DNA of 64,000 nt from an uncultured Christensenellaceae bacterium (GTDB lineage Bacteria; Bacillota; Clostridia; Christensenellales; UBA3700), in the NCBI GenBank assembly GCA_963931165.1, contig OZ006985.1, positions 975,900-1,039,899 of the forward strand. The letters run 5' to 3'. Within the stretch, counting starts at the first letter, position 1; every line of letters starts with the position of its first letter. The position numbers and the translations under genes are program-made. A model generated the notes under the pieces. That model was not told the DNA's origin. It saw only the letters and a program-made list of their open reading frames with translations, and made no database searches. Positions 45,646-54,742 of the stretch are shown here, one piece after another.

Positions 45646-47313
45646 ATGTCAAGAAGAAACAACAAACAGCTCAAAGTCGTCTTTTTGGGCGGAGTGGGGG
45701 AGATAGGCAAGAACATGACCGCGATCGAGTATGGCGACAACATCCTCATCGTCGATTGCGGCGGAATGTTCGCGACATACGAGACGCCGGGCGTCGATTT
45801 GATCACGCCGGACTTTTCTTACATCGACGAAAACGCCGACAAGGTCAAGGGCGTCGTGCTCACGCACGGCCACGAGGACCACATCGGCGGCTTGCCCTAT
45901 TTGGTCAAGGACAGGCTGGACAAGGTCAAGATCTACGGCAGCGACCTCACTCTCGCCCTTGTCAAGCACAAGTTCAAAGAACACGGCATCGATTCGCCCA
46001 AGTTCGTCCCCGTCAAGGGCGGCGAAACACGCACGATAGGGTGTTTTGAGGTGGAGTTCGTCACCGTCACGCACAGCATCTCGGGCGCGTATGCGATCGC
46101 GGTGCGCACGCCTGTCGGGGTGATCTTTCTCACCGGCGACTTCAAGGTGGACTACACGCCGATCGACGGCGAGAGCATAGACCTGCCGCGACTCGCGCAG
46201 ATCGGCGACGAGGGCGTCAAGCTGATGCTGGGCGAGTCGACCAACATCGAGCGCGAAGGCTTTACGATGTCCGAACGCAAGGTCGGCGAGACGATCGAAC
46301 GCATCGTCGAGAGCAACGCCGACAGCAGAATCATCATCGCCACGTTCGCGTCCAACGTCAACCGCATCCAGCAGATCATCAACATCTGCCAAAAGTACCG
46401 CCGCAAGGTCGCGTTCAACGGCAGAAGCATGAAGAACATCAGCGAGATCGCCGTAAAGCTGGGCATCATGAAGGCGGATAACGGCACGATCGTCGACATC
46501 GAGGACATTCGCAAGTTCGCGCCCGGGGAGCTTTGCATCATCACGACGGGGTCTCAGGGCGAGCCCATGAGCGCGCTGACGCGCATGGCGTCCGGCGACG
46601 ACAAGGTCGCGATCGGTCCCAAAGACCTCATCGTCATCTCGTCCTCGCCCATTCCCGGCAACGAGAAGTTGATCTACACCGTCATCAACAACCTCTACCG
46701 CCGCGGCGCAAGGGTGATGTACGGCTCGCTCGCCGAGCTGCACGTCTCCGGGCACGCGTGCAAGGAAGAGCTCAAATTGATGCTGCGATTGATCAGACCG
46801 CAATTCTTCATCCCCGTGCACGGCGAATACCGCCACCTCAAACAGCACGAGGAGTTGGCGGTAAGATTGGGCATACCGCAATCGAACATCGCGATCCCCG
46901 AGATCGGCGCGGTGTTCGAACTCAAACCGCGTTCGCTCGTCCGCCGCGACAACGTCAACGCCGGCAACATCTACGTCGACGGGCTCAACGACGTCGACGA
47001 CCTCGTCTTGCAAGACCGCCAGCAGCTCAGCCGCGACGGCATGGTCGTCGTGCTGGTCACGATGGGCTTGGAGACCAAGTCCGCGATCGCGCCGCCCGAG
47101 GTCATCACGCGCGGCATCACGATCGGCGAGGACTTCATCGAGCCGATCAGGGACGTCGTCGCCGAGGCGATCGACAAGGTCAACTATCGCGGCGCGAGGG
47201 ACAGAGGACGTCTCAAAGCGTCGATACGCCGTCAAGTGATCAAGTATGTCGCCAACAAGCTCAAGCAAAAGCCGATGGTGCTGCCCATCATCACCGAGGT
47301 GGACAATGCCTGA
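45646..47313 (+). CDS. rnj: Ribonuclease J
   Basis: ATG 45646, 5 nt after GGAGG. Beta-CASP metallo-beta-lactamase motifs (LTHGHEDHIGG). Confidence 0.9.
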   Translation: MSRRNNKQLKVVFLGGVGEIGKNMTAIEYGDNILIVDCGGMFATYETPGVDLITPDFSYIDENADKVKGVVLTHGHEDHIGGLPYLVKDRLDKVKIYGSDLTLALVKHKFKEHGIDSPKFVPVKGGETRTIGCFEVEFVTVTHSISGAYAIAVRTPVGVIFLTGDFKVDYTPIDGESIDLPRLAQIGDEGVKLMLGESTNIEREGFTMSERKVGETIERIVESNADSRIIIATFASNVNRIQQIINICQKYRRKVAFNGRSMKNISEIAVKLGIMKADNGTIVDIEDIRKFAPGELCIITTGSQGEPMSALTRMASGDDKVAIGPKDLIVISSSPIPGNEKLIYTVINNLYRRGARVMYGSLAELHVSGHACKEELKLMLRLIRPQFFIPVHGEYRHLKQHEELAVRLGIPQSNIAIPEIGAVFELKPRSLVRRDNVNAGNIYVDGLNDVDDLVLQDRQQLSRDGMVVVLVTMGLETKSAIAPPEVITRGITIGEDFIEPIRDVVAEAIDKVNYRGARDRGRLKASIRRQVIKYVANKLKQKPMVLPIITEVDNA

Positions 47314-47899
47314 GTTCGTGCCCGACGCGCGCGCAGAGGCGCTGCGCGAAAAGTACGGCTTTGACATCATTCCGCGCGACGGGCTCGAGGTCTTGATCGA
47401 GGCTGCCGTTGCCGCTCCGCGCAAGCGCATCTTGGAGATAGGCACGTCGGTGGGCTATTCGGCGCTGTGTCTCGCGACCGCGACAGGCGCGCACGTCGAC
47501 ACCGTCGAAAGGGACGAAAGCAAGCTGGACGTCGCGGAAAAATTGTGGGCGGATTGCGGCGCTTCGAACAGCATAACCGCCCATCTCGGCGACGCCGAAC
47601 GCGTCGTTCCCGAGTTGGTCAAACGCCGCAAATACGACTTCGTATTCATCGACGCGGCAAAGAGCAAATATTGCGGCTATCTCGACGCGATATATGACTT
47701 TATCGACACGGGCACCGTAATTGTCGCCGACGACGTCAACTTTTTGGGGCTGGTGAAAGGGGACGAATATCCCCCTCACAAACACCGCACGATCGTCACC
47801 GGGATGAGACGATTCGTGCGCGCGATCACCGACGCGTCGCGCTTTGAATGCACGATGAGCGACGTCGGCGGAGGTATTGCCGTATGCACAAAGATATGA
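47306..47899 (+). CDS. trmR: SAM-dependent O-methyltransferase, YrrM/TrmR-like (tRNA 5-hydroxyuridine methyltransferase)
   Basis: ATG 47306 overlaps the rnj stop. Contains EIGTSVGYSAL SAM motif and FIDAAK. Followed by a U32 peptidase gene, as in B. subtilis yrrM-yrrN/O. Confidence 0.65.
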   Translation: MPEFVPDARAEALREKYGFDIIPRDGLEVLIEAAVAAPRKRILEIGTSVGYSALCLATATGAHVDTVERDESKLDVAEKLWADCGASNSITAHLGDAERVVPELVKRRKYDFVFIDAAKSKYCGYLDAIYDFIDTGTVIVADDVNFLGLVKGDEYPPHKHRTIVTGMRRFVRAITDASRFECTMSDVGGGIAVCTKI

Positions 47900-49122
47900 G
47901 CCGCGTAGAGCTGCTCGCGCCTGCGGGCGACATGTCCAAACTCGTCACCGCGTTCCATTTCGGAGCGGACGCCGTCTATGTCGGCGGCAGCGATTTCGGG
48001 CTGAGGGCAGGCGCGGCAAATTTCGGGGCAAAGGAGATGCCCGAGGCTGTCGCATACGCGCATGAGCGCGGCAAAAAATTGTACACCGCGGTCAATGTGT
48101 TCGCCCGCAACGCCGACTTTGGCGCGCTTGCCGATCACTTCCGCTTTCTGAGTGAGTGCGGCGTCGACGCGGCGATCGTCACCGACCTCGGCGCGATCGA
48201 GCTGTGCCGCAAGGTCGCGCCGGCGCTCGACATACACGTCTCCACGCAGGCGAACGTCACCAACAAGTACGCCGCAAAGGTCTATGCCGATATGGGCGCA
48301 AAGAGGGTCGTTCTCGCTCGCGAGACGCGCCTCGACGAGATCGCGGAGATCTGCGACCTGCTCGGCGACGACGTCGAGATCGAGGCTTTCGTTCACGGCG
48401 CGATGTGCGTGTCGTACAGCGGCAGATGCCTGCTGTCCGCGGCGATGAGCGGCAGGAGCGCCAACCGCGGCAACTGCGCCCAGCCGTGCCGCTGGAACTT
48501 CGAGTTGACCGAGGCGGGCAGAGGCGGCGCGCACTATCCGGTGTTCGAGGACGGCAGGGGCACCTACATCCTCAACAGCGGCGACCTCAACATGATCCGC
48601 CATCTGCGCGAACTCGCGGACGCAGGAGTGAAGTCGTTCAAGATAGAGGGGCGGATGAAGTCGCAATACTACGTCGCGTCGACCGTGTCGGCATATCGCC
48701 GCGCTATGGACGGCTTTGCAGCGGACGACGATTTCGTGCCCGGCGAGGACATCATCGGAGAGCTCGAACAGACCGCGCACCGCGCGTACACGACGGGATT
48801 CTATTTCGGCGCGGAGGGCGCGAAGGTCAGCGGCGACGTCAATCAGACGGAGGGCGAAAGCGAATTTGTCGCGCTCGTTCTCGGCTATGACGAGACCTCG
48901 GGCAGAGCGCTCGTCGAACAGCGCAACGCCTTTGCCGAGGGCGACACGCTTCAATTGCTTGCCGCCGACGAGGCGGTCAACGGCGCGGCGGTCGAGGTGC
49001 GCGACCTGCGCGACGAAGAGGGCGCGCCCGTGCAAAGGGCGAAGCTCGTCCAACAACATTTGACAATGCCCGTGCCCTGCCGCATGCAGGCGTACGACAT
49101 ATTGAGGAGAAAGAAGGTATGA
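47896..49122 (+). CDS. trhP: Peptidase U32 family protein (TrhP-like tRNA U34 hydroxylation factor)
   Basis: ATGA overlap with trmR. N-terminus ELLAPAGD...AVYVGG and the U32 signature region (E-x-F-x-HGA-x-C-x-S-x-SGRC). Confidence 0.7.
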   Translation: MSRVELLAPAGDMSKLVTAFHFGADAVYVGGSDFGLRAGAANFGAKEMPEAVAYAHERGKKLYTAVNVFARNADFGALADHFRFLSECGVDAAIVTDLGAIELCRKVAPALDIHVSTQANVTNKYAAKVYADMGAKRVVLARETRLDEIAEICDLLGDDVEIEAFVHGAMCVSYSGRCLLSAAMSGRSANRGNCAQPCRWNFELTEAGRGGAHYPVFEDGRGTYILNSGDLNMIRHLRELADAGVKSFKIEGRMKSQYYVASTVSAYRRAMDGFAADDDFVPGEDIIGELEQTAHRAYTTGFYFGAEGAKVSGDVNQTEGESEFVALVLGYDETSGRALVEQRNAFAEGDTLQLLAADEAVNGAAVEVRDLRDEEGAPVQRAKLVQQHLTMPVPCRMQAYDILRRKKV

Positions 49123-50351
49123 ACACGGACAAAAAGACGATCGTCATCCTCTATTCGAAAGGGTTTTACGACACGGTAGCGCTCGATCTGACCGCGCGCC
49201 TTCGCCGCGACTATCCCGACTGCGAAGTCATCGCGATCGACGAGGACAAGTACAGCAACGCGTTTTCGTCGCGCTTTACGCGCTGTCTCTACATCGCGAC
49301 CGCACGCGTCGCGCCGTGGCTCAACAGGCTGGCCGTGGCGATCCGCAACAAGCTCGTCCGTCAAAAGATAGACAAGACGGTCGCGCCGTACAGCGCGGCG
49401 GTCAAGGCACAAAACCCCGACTCTTTCGCCGTAAAGACGAGGATACGCTTCCGCAAGGTGGACAACATCCTCACGCGGTTCGATCCCGACATCGTCCTCT
49501 GCTTCACGCCCAAGGCGCACAACAAGGCGATCGAGGCGAAACAGCGCCTCGGCATGAAGGAGACCGCCGTCTACGCGGTCATCACCGACTATGCGCTCAA
49601 CAAGGCGTACATCAACTATCAATCGGACGGCTACTTGGTGCAGAACGACAATGTCAGGGGAGAGCTGCTCGCAAACAACGTCGTCGAGGGCAAGATCCAC
49701 GTCGTCGGTATGCCGTTCGACAGCGCGCGCGTGCTCGAATACGACCGCGAAGAGGTCGCCGAGGCGATGGGTATAGACACGTCCGTCCCGACCGTCACGT
49801 TGGACGGCGGCAGATACGGCGTCGCGACGCTCAAAGACGCGTTCGCCGCACTCGCCGACTACTGCGACAGGCTCAACCTCGTCGTGCTCACCGGCGGCAG
49901 CAAGACCATTCTCGACTTTGTCAAGTCGTACGTCAAGTCCAAGGGCATCGACAAGAACGTCTATGTCGTCGAAGAGGTCACCGACATGTGGAAGATCTAT
50001 GACATCACCGACGTGCTCGTCACCGCGCCGACGATCGTCACGATCTATGAGGCGTGCGTCAAAAATATCCCGTGCGTGTTGATCAAACCGATAAATGTGC
50101 ATGACGCCGAGAATGCGGAATACATCGCCGCCGGGCAGCTTGCGCAGCGCGGAGTCAAGGACGAACAGCTGGTCACCGCGGTGCTCGGCTTCCTCAACAA
50201 CAACATGCTCAAACAGGAGTATCTCTACAATCAACGCAAATTTTACGACAGGGCGGCGATGGGCGCGATGTGCAAGCTGATCCACGACGGAGCGGCGTCG
50301 ATATATGCGCTCAAACATCCCGCGATCGAACAGACGGAGGACGAACAATGA
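49119..50351 (+). CDS. Glycosyltransferase, MGDG-synthase/UgtP-like (GT28-type diacylglycerol glycosyltransferase)
   Basis: ATGA overlap with the upstream gene. Two-Rossmann layout with FTPKAHN... and VVLTGG... blocks. This is a family-level call only. Confidence 0.5.
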   Translation: MNTDKKTIVILYSKGFYDTVALDLTARLRRDYPDCEVIAIDEDKYSNAFSSRFTRCLYIATARVAPWLNRLAVAIRNKLVRQKIDKTVAPYSAAVKAQNPDSFAVKTRIRFRKVDNILTRFDPDIVLCFTPKAHNKAIEAKQRLGMKETAVYAVITDYALNKAYINYQSDGYLVQNDNVRGELLANNVVEGKIHVVGMPFDSARVLEYDREEVAEAMGIDTSVPTVTLDGGRYGVATLKDAFAALADYCDRLNLVVLTGGSKTILDFVKSYVKSKGIDKNVYVVEEVTDMWKIYDITDVLVTAPTIVTIYEACVKNIPCVLIKPINVHDAENAEYIAAGQLAQRGVKDEQLVTAVLGFLNNNMLKQEYLYNQRKFYDRAAMGAMCKLIHDGAASIYALKHPAIEQTEDEQ

Positions 50352-50842
50352 AGGCGATCATCAAGCTCAAAGACGGCTCGCAAATGACTGCGGAGCTGTA
50401 TGAGGATGTCGCGCCGATCTCGGTGCGCAACTTTGTCAAGTTGGCAAAGAGCGGCTTTTACGACGGGCTGATCTTTCACCGCGTCATCCCCGGATTTATG
50501 ATCCAGGGCGGCGGCATGTACGAGGATCTGCGCCCCAAAAAAGCGGACTGCATCAAGGGCGAGTTCGCCGCCAACGGCGTGAACAATCCCGTCAAGCACA
50601 CCTTGGGCGTGCTGTCGATGGCGCGCGCGATGGACCCCGACAGCGGGAGTTCGCAATTTTTCGTCTGCGTCGAGGATTGTCCGCATTTGGACGGCGCGTA
50701 TGCGGCGTTCGGCAAGCTGTGCGACAAGGCGAGCGAGGACGTCGCGGTCGCGATCTCCAATGTGCGCACGACGCGCCGCGGTTGGTTCGACGACGTGCCC
50801 GCGAGCCCCGTCGTCATCGATACGATCGAGATAGAGGACTAA
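50348..50842 (+). CDS. ppiB: Peptidyl-prolyl cis-trans isomerase (cyclophilin type)
   Basis: ATGA overlap. Motifs FHRVIPGFMIQGG and SQFFV. Confidence 0.9.
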   Translation: MKAIIKLKDGSQMTAELYEDVAPISVRNFVKLAKSGFYDGLIFHRVIPGFMIQGGGMYEDLRPKKADCIKGEFAANGVNNPVKHTLGVLSMARAMDPDSGSSQFFVCVEDCPHLDGAYAAFGKLCDKASEDVAVAISNVRTTRRGWFDDVPASPVVIDTIEIED

Positions 50843-50856
50843 AAAACAGTCGTTTT

Positions 50857-50895
50857 GCGGCATACTACCGGTATGGAGTATGCCGCCGTTTTTTT
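50857..50895 (+). terminator. Rho-independent terminator after ppiB
   Basis: 10-bp stem GCGGCATACT/AGTATGCCGC followed by CGTTTTTTT. Confidence 0.75.
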
Positions 50896-50923
50896 GCTCT
50901 TTTCGCATTTGGTATATTGCGCT

Positions 50924-51466
50924 ATGCGCGGGATCGCGCAGGGCAGACTGCCGCGTTCCGCCGCGCCGGCGGCGGCGCTCGCGCTGTCCATGTGCGTGCC
51001 GGCGGGCAGGGTATGCGCGTCCTTTTTCGTCGCGGCGGCGGTCGGGATATGCGAGTCGGCTGCTTCGCGTTCGGTCATCGCGCTTCTCGATGCTGCGGCG
51101 TGCGGGTGCGTGTTCGCGCTTGCCGGAGAGGCGGCGTTCGGCTATTCGTCGCTCGCCGCGCTCTCGCTGTCGCTCGTCTTGTCCGCGGCGTTCGCAACGA
51201 GGGGCGCCGACATCGTCTGCGGCGTGACCATAGGCAGCGTTATCGCGGACATGTATTCGCTTTTTGCGTCGAAGAGCGGCTTTTTGCGCTGTACGGCGAT
51301 GGGGATGCACACCGCGTACTATTTGATTTTTGCGGCGGTCGCCGCGGCGATCTTCGACTCGATCGCTCGCGCCCGACGCCCGTCGCAGACGCTCGAACTT
51401 ACGGATTTTTGCTCCTCTCCCGCGCGTGCGGGCGGGGCGCTCTTGCCCGGTCGCGTACGCGTGTGA
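50924..51466 (+). CDS. Hypothetical Ala/Leu-rich membrane protein
   Basis: The start of the track ORF (50855) lies inside the ppiB terminator, so the start is moved to ATG 50924, 5 nt after an extended -10 (TGgTATATT, 50910-50918). The protein is hydrophobic and no family is recognised. Confidence 0.4.
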   Translation: MRGIAQGRLPRSAAPAAALALSMCVPAGRVCASFFVAAAVGICESAASRSVIALLDAAACGCVFALAGEAAFGYSSLAALSLSLVLSAAFATRGADIVCGVTIGSVIADMYSLFASKSGFLRCTAMGMHTAYYLIFAAVAAAIFDSIARARRPSQTLELTDFCSSPARAGGALLPGRVRV

Positions 51467-51499
51467 AGGCGCGCCTGCGCGTTTTGTGGTGTTTATCGC

Positions 51500-51528
51500 T
51501 TTACTTTGTGAGCGGAATAATGTATAAT
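51500..51528 (+). promoter_or_regulatory. Promoter of der (TTTACT-N17-TATAAT)
   Basis: Hexamers at 51500-51505 and 51523-51528. Confidence 0.55.
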
Positions 51529-51548
51529 TGCGGTGCAAAGGAGGACAT

Positions 51549-52874
51549 ATGAACGCAAGACCGCTCGTCGCCGTCGTCGGCAGACCCAATGTGGGCAAGT
51601 CGACCCTGTTCAACAAGCTTGTAGGCAAGCGCGTCTCCATCGTCGAGGACGTGGAGGGCGTGACCCGCGACAGGCTCTATTGCGATACCGATTGGTGCGG
51701 CAAGGCGTTCACGCTGATCGACACCGGCGGTCTCGACGTGCGCAGCGACGACGAGATGCTCTCGCACATCCGCGAACAGGCGAAGGTCGCGGTCGACGTC
51801 GCCGACTGCATATTGTTCGTCGTCGACGGCAGGGCGGGCGTGACCTCCAACGACCGCGAGGTAGCGTCGTTTTTGCGCCGCAGCGGCAAGCCTATCGTGC
51901 TCGCCGTCAACAAGCTGGACAACAACGAGGTCGACAAGACCTACGATTTTTACGAGCTGGGCATAGGCGAGCCTTTCGCCGTCTCCGCCGTTCAAGGCAA
52001 GGGGCTCGGGGATCTGCTCGACGCGGTGACCGAACATCTGCCGGAGTTCGACGGCGAGGGGGAAGACGACGTGCTCGACATCGCGATCGTCGGCAAGCCC
52101 AACGCCGGCAAGTCCTCTTTGACCAACAAGATCTTGGGTTACGACCGCGTGATCGTCAGCAACATCGCCGGCACGACGCGCGACGCGATCGACACTCCGT
52201 TCGAGAGGGACGGGGTCAGATACAATCTCATAGACACCGCCGGCATTCGCAAGAAGTCGAGCGTGGACAGGGGCGTGGAGCAATACAGCGTGTTGCGCGC
52301 GCTCGCCGCAGTCAGGCGCGCGGACGTGGTCTTCGTCGTCATCGACAGCGCGGACGGGGTGACCGAGCAGGATGTCAAGATCTGCGGCTACGTCCACGAG
52401 CAGGGCAAGCCGTCCGTAATCGTGATGAACAAGTGGGACGCGGTCGAAAAGGATACGCACACCTCCGCGATCATGACCAAACAGCTGGCGGCACAGCTCA
52501 AATTCATGGACTATTTCGTCGCCGTCTACGTCTCGGCGATGACCGGACAGAGGGTGGAGAAGCTGCTCGCCGAGGCGCGCAACGTCTACGAACAGGCGAG
52601 CCGCCGCGTCACCACGTCCGTGCTCAACGACGTCGTGCGCGACGCGATCCTCGCGGTCGAGCCGCCGTCGGACAACGGCAGGAGACTCAAGGTGCTGTAC
52701 GCGACGCAAAGCGACGTATGTCCGCCGACGTTCGTCTTCTTCGTCAATGACGAAAAGCTGGTGCATTTCAGCTATCGCAGGTATTTGGAGAACTCGCTCC
52801 GCAAGGCGTTCGAGTTCCGCGGCACGCCGATAAGATTGGTGTTCCGCAACCGCCGCGACGACTTCGCAGAATAG
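51549..52874 (+). CDS. der: Ribosome-associated GTPase Der/EngA (tandem GTPase domains + KH-like domain)
   Basis: ATG 51549 behind AAAGGAGG. Two G1 motifs, GRPNVGKST and GKPNAGKSS. Confidence 0.95.
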   Translation: MNARPLVAVVGRPNVGKSTLFNKLVGKRVSIVEDVEGVTRDRLYCDTDWCGKAFTLIDTGGLDVRSDDEMLSHIREQAKVAVDVADCILFVVDGRAGVTSNDREVASFLRRSGKPIVLAVNKLDNNEVDKTYDFYELGIGEPFAVSAVQGKGLGDLLDAVTEHLPEFDGEGEDDVLDIAIVGKPNAGKSSLTNKILGYDRVIVSNIAGTTRDAIDTPFERDGVRYNLIDTAGIRKKSSVDRGVEQYSVLRALAAVRRADVVFVVIDSADGVTEQDVKICGYVHEQGKPSVIVMNKWDAVEKDTHTSAIMTKQLAAQLKFMDYFVAVYVSAMTGQRVEKLLAEARNVYEQASRRVTTSVLNDVVRDAILAVEPPSDNGRRLKVLYATQSDVCPPTFVFFVNDEKLVHFSYRRYLENSLRKAFEFRGTPIRLVFRNRRDDFAE

Positions 52875-52883
52875 CGAACATCG

Positions 52884-52902
52884 ACACGGGCACGCAAAAT
52901 CA
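52884..52902 (+). repeat. Copy C of the recurrent motif ACACGGGCACGCAAAATCA
   Basis: Begins 10 nt after the der stop codon, in the der/aminotransferase spacer. Confidence 0.6.
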
Positions 52903-52931
52903 CAGATAAAAGTTTTGTCAGGAGATAAAAT

Positions 52932-54200
52932 ATGAAGTACGCAGAACTCACCAAAGAACAGCTTGAGGCGTTGCACGAGACTCATCTCAAAGAGTACGAA
53001 GAAGTTGCCGCCAAGGGCTACAAGGTCGACATCGCGCGCGGCAAGCCCTGCTTTGAGCAGGCTCAGATCGCGTTCGGCATGCTCGAAGAGCCGCGTCCGG
53101 AAGAATTCCCCAAGTCCGTCTTCAACTACGGCGGTCTTGAGGGCGTCCCCGAGATGCGCAAGTTGTTCGCCGAGATCCTCGGGCTCGACCCCTCCGAGGT
53201 CTTTGTCGGCGGCAACAGCTCGCTCAATTTGATGTACGACACCATCCAGAGGGGTATGCAGTTCGGCTTCGGCGGCTGCGAGCCGTGGGGCAAGTCCAAG
53301 ATCAAGTTCATCTGTCCCGTTCCGGGGTATGACCGCCATTTCGCGATCACCGAGCACTTCGGCATCGAGATGATCAACGTGCCGTTGACCGGCGAAGGAC
53401 CCAATATGGATCTGGTCGAGAACTATGTCGCGAACGACCCGTCGATCAAGGGCATTTGGTGTGTGCCCAAGTATTCCAACCCGACCGGAGAGATCTATTC
53501 CGACCGCGTCGTCGAAAGGCTCGCGACGATGCCCGTCGCCGCCAAGGACTTCCGCATCTTCTGGGACAACGCCTATTGCGTGCACGAGCTGACCGACACT
53601 CCGGGCAAGCTCGCCAACATCATGGCATATGCGAAGAAGGCGGGCACACAAGACCGCGTGTTCGAATTCTCTTCGACGTCCAAGATCACCTTTGCGGGCG
53701 GCGGCGTCGCGTGCATGGGCATGAGCGAGGCGAATCTCAAAGAGGCGCTGTCGCACATCGCATTCCAGACGATCGGCTACGACAAGATCAATCAATACAG
53801 ACATTTCGTCTATCTCAGGTCCCCCGAGCACATCGCCGAGATCATGGACAAACAGCGCGCTATCATCGCGCCCAAGTTCAGGGCGATCGTCGACGCACTC
53901 GAGCGCAGCTTCGGCGACGACTGCGACATCGCAAAGTGGACGGATCCCAAGGGCGGCTACTTCATCAGTCTCGACGTGCTTGACGGCTGCGCGCGCGAAG
54001 TTGCGAAGCTCTGCAAGGCGGCGGGGCTGACGCTGACATGCGCAGGCGCTACCTATCCGTACGGCAGGGACGACGCCGACCGCAATCTGCGCATCGCGCC
54101 GACATTCACCAATGCCGACGATCTGCCGGCGGCGATCGAGATCTTGATCGCCAGCGTCAAGTTGGCTTGCACCGCAAAGCTCGCGGAGGAGAAGAAATGA
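52932..54200 (+). CDS. PLP-dependent aminotransferase (class I/II fold)
   Basis: NPTG block and SSTSKITFAGGG (PLP-lysine context). 422 aa. Confidence 0.7.
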   Translation: MKYAELTKEQLEALHETHLKEYEEVAAKGYKVDIARGKPCFEQAQIAFGMLEEPRPEEFPKSVFNYGGLEGVPEMRKLFAEILGLDPSEVFVGGNSSLNLMYDTIQRGMQFGFGGCEPWGKSKIKFICPVPGYDRHFAITEHFGIEMINVPLTGEGPNMDLVENYVANDPSIKGIWCVPKYSNPTGEIYSDRVVERLATMPVAAKDFRIFWDNAYCVHELTDTPGKLANIMAYAKKAGTQDRVFEFSSTSKITFAGGGVACMGMSEANLKEALSHIAFQTIGYDKINQYRHFVYLRSPEHIAEIMDKQRAIIAPKFRAIVDALERSFGDDCDIAKWTDPKGGYFISLDVLDGCAREVAKLCKAAGLTLTCAGATYPYGRDDADRNLRIAPTFTNADDLPAAIEILIASVKLACTAKLAEEKK

Positions 54201-54742
54201 GGCTGCTCGTCGCGTCCGACATCCACGGCTCGGCGTTTTGGACGCGCCGTCTGCTGCAGGTCGCCGAAGAGGAAAAGGCCGACCAGATCGCGCTGCTCGG
54301 CGACGTGTTCTATCACGGTCCGCGCAATCCGCTGCCGGACGAGTACGCACCGCTCGAGGTCGCGAAGATGCTCGATACGGTCAAGGACAGGCTGATCGTC
54401 GTCAAGGGCAATTGCGACAGCGAAGTCGACGCGATGGTCGCGCCGTTCGAGTTCGTCGACATCGCGCAGATCTATGCGGACGGCGTCAAAATGACGCTTA
54501 CGCACGGGCATGTGTTCAACAAGGACGCGCTGCCCAAGAACGCCGGCGACGTGCTGTTGTACGGACACTTCCATACGGGGTTTGCATTCAAAAAGGACGG
54601 GATGGTCATCGCCAATCCCGGTTCGGTGTCTCTGCCCAAAGAGGGCACCGCTCACAGCTACATCATCATCGAAAACGGTGAGGTCCTGCTCAAAGATCTC
54701 AAGGACCGCCGCATAATAGAGAAAGAGGTCGCAAAACAATGA
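54197..54742 (+). CDS. YfcE/MJ0936-family metallophosphoesterase
   Basis: ATGA overlap. Motifs SDIHG, LGDVFYHG, GNCD, THGH and GHFH. Confidence 0.8.
   Translation: MRLLVASDIHGSAFWTRRLLQVAEEEKADQIALLGDVFYHGPRNPLPDEYAPLEVAKMLDTVKDRLIVVKGNCDSEVDAMVAPFEFVDIAQIYADGVKMTLTHGHVFNKDALPKNAGDVLLYGHFHTGFAFKKDGMVIANPGSVSLPKEGTAHSYIIIENGEVLLKDLKDRRIIEKEVAKQ

Noticed and set aside
50855-50923. The track start (50855) of the 203-aa membrane ORF.
   Set aside because: The first 23 codons coincide with the strong ppiB terminator hairpin and its T-run. The start was moved to ATG 50924, and the gene itself is kept only at low confidence.
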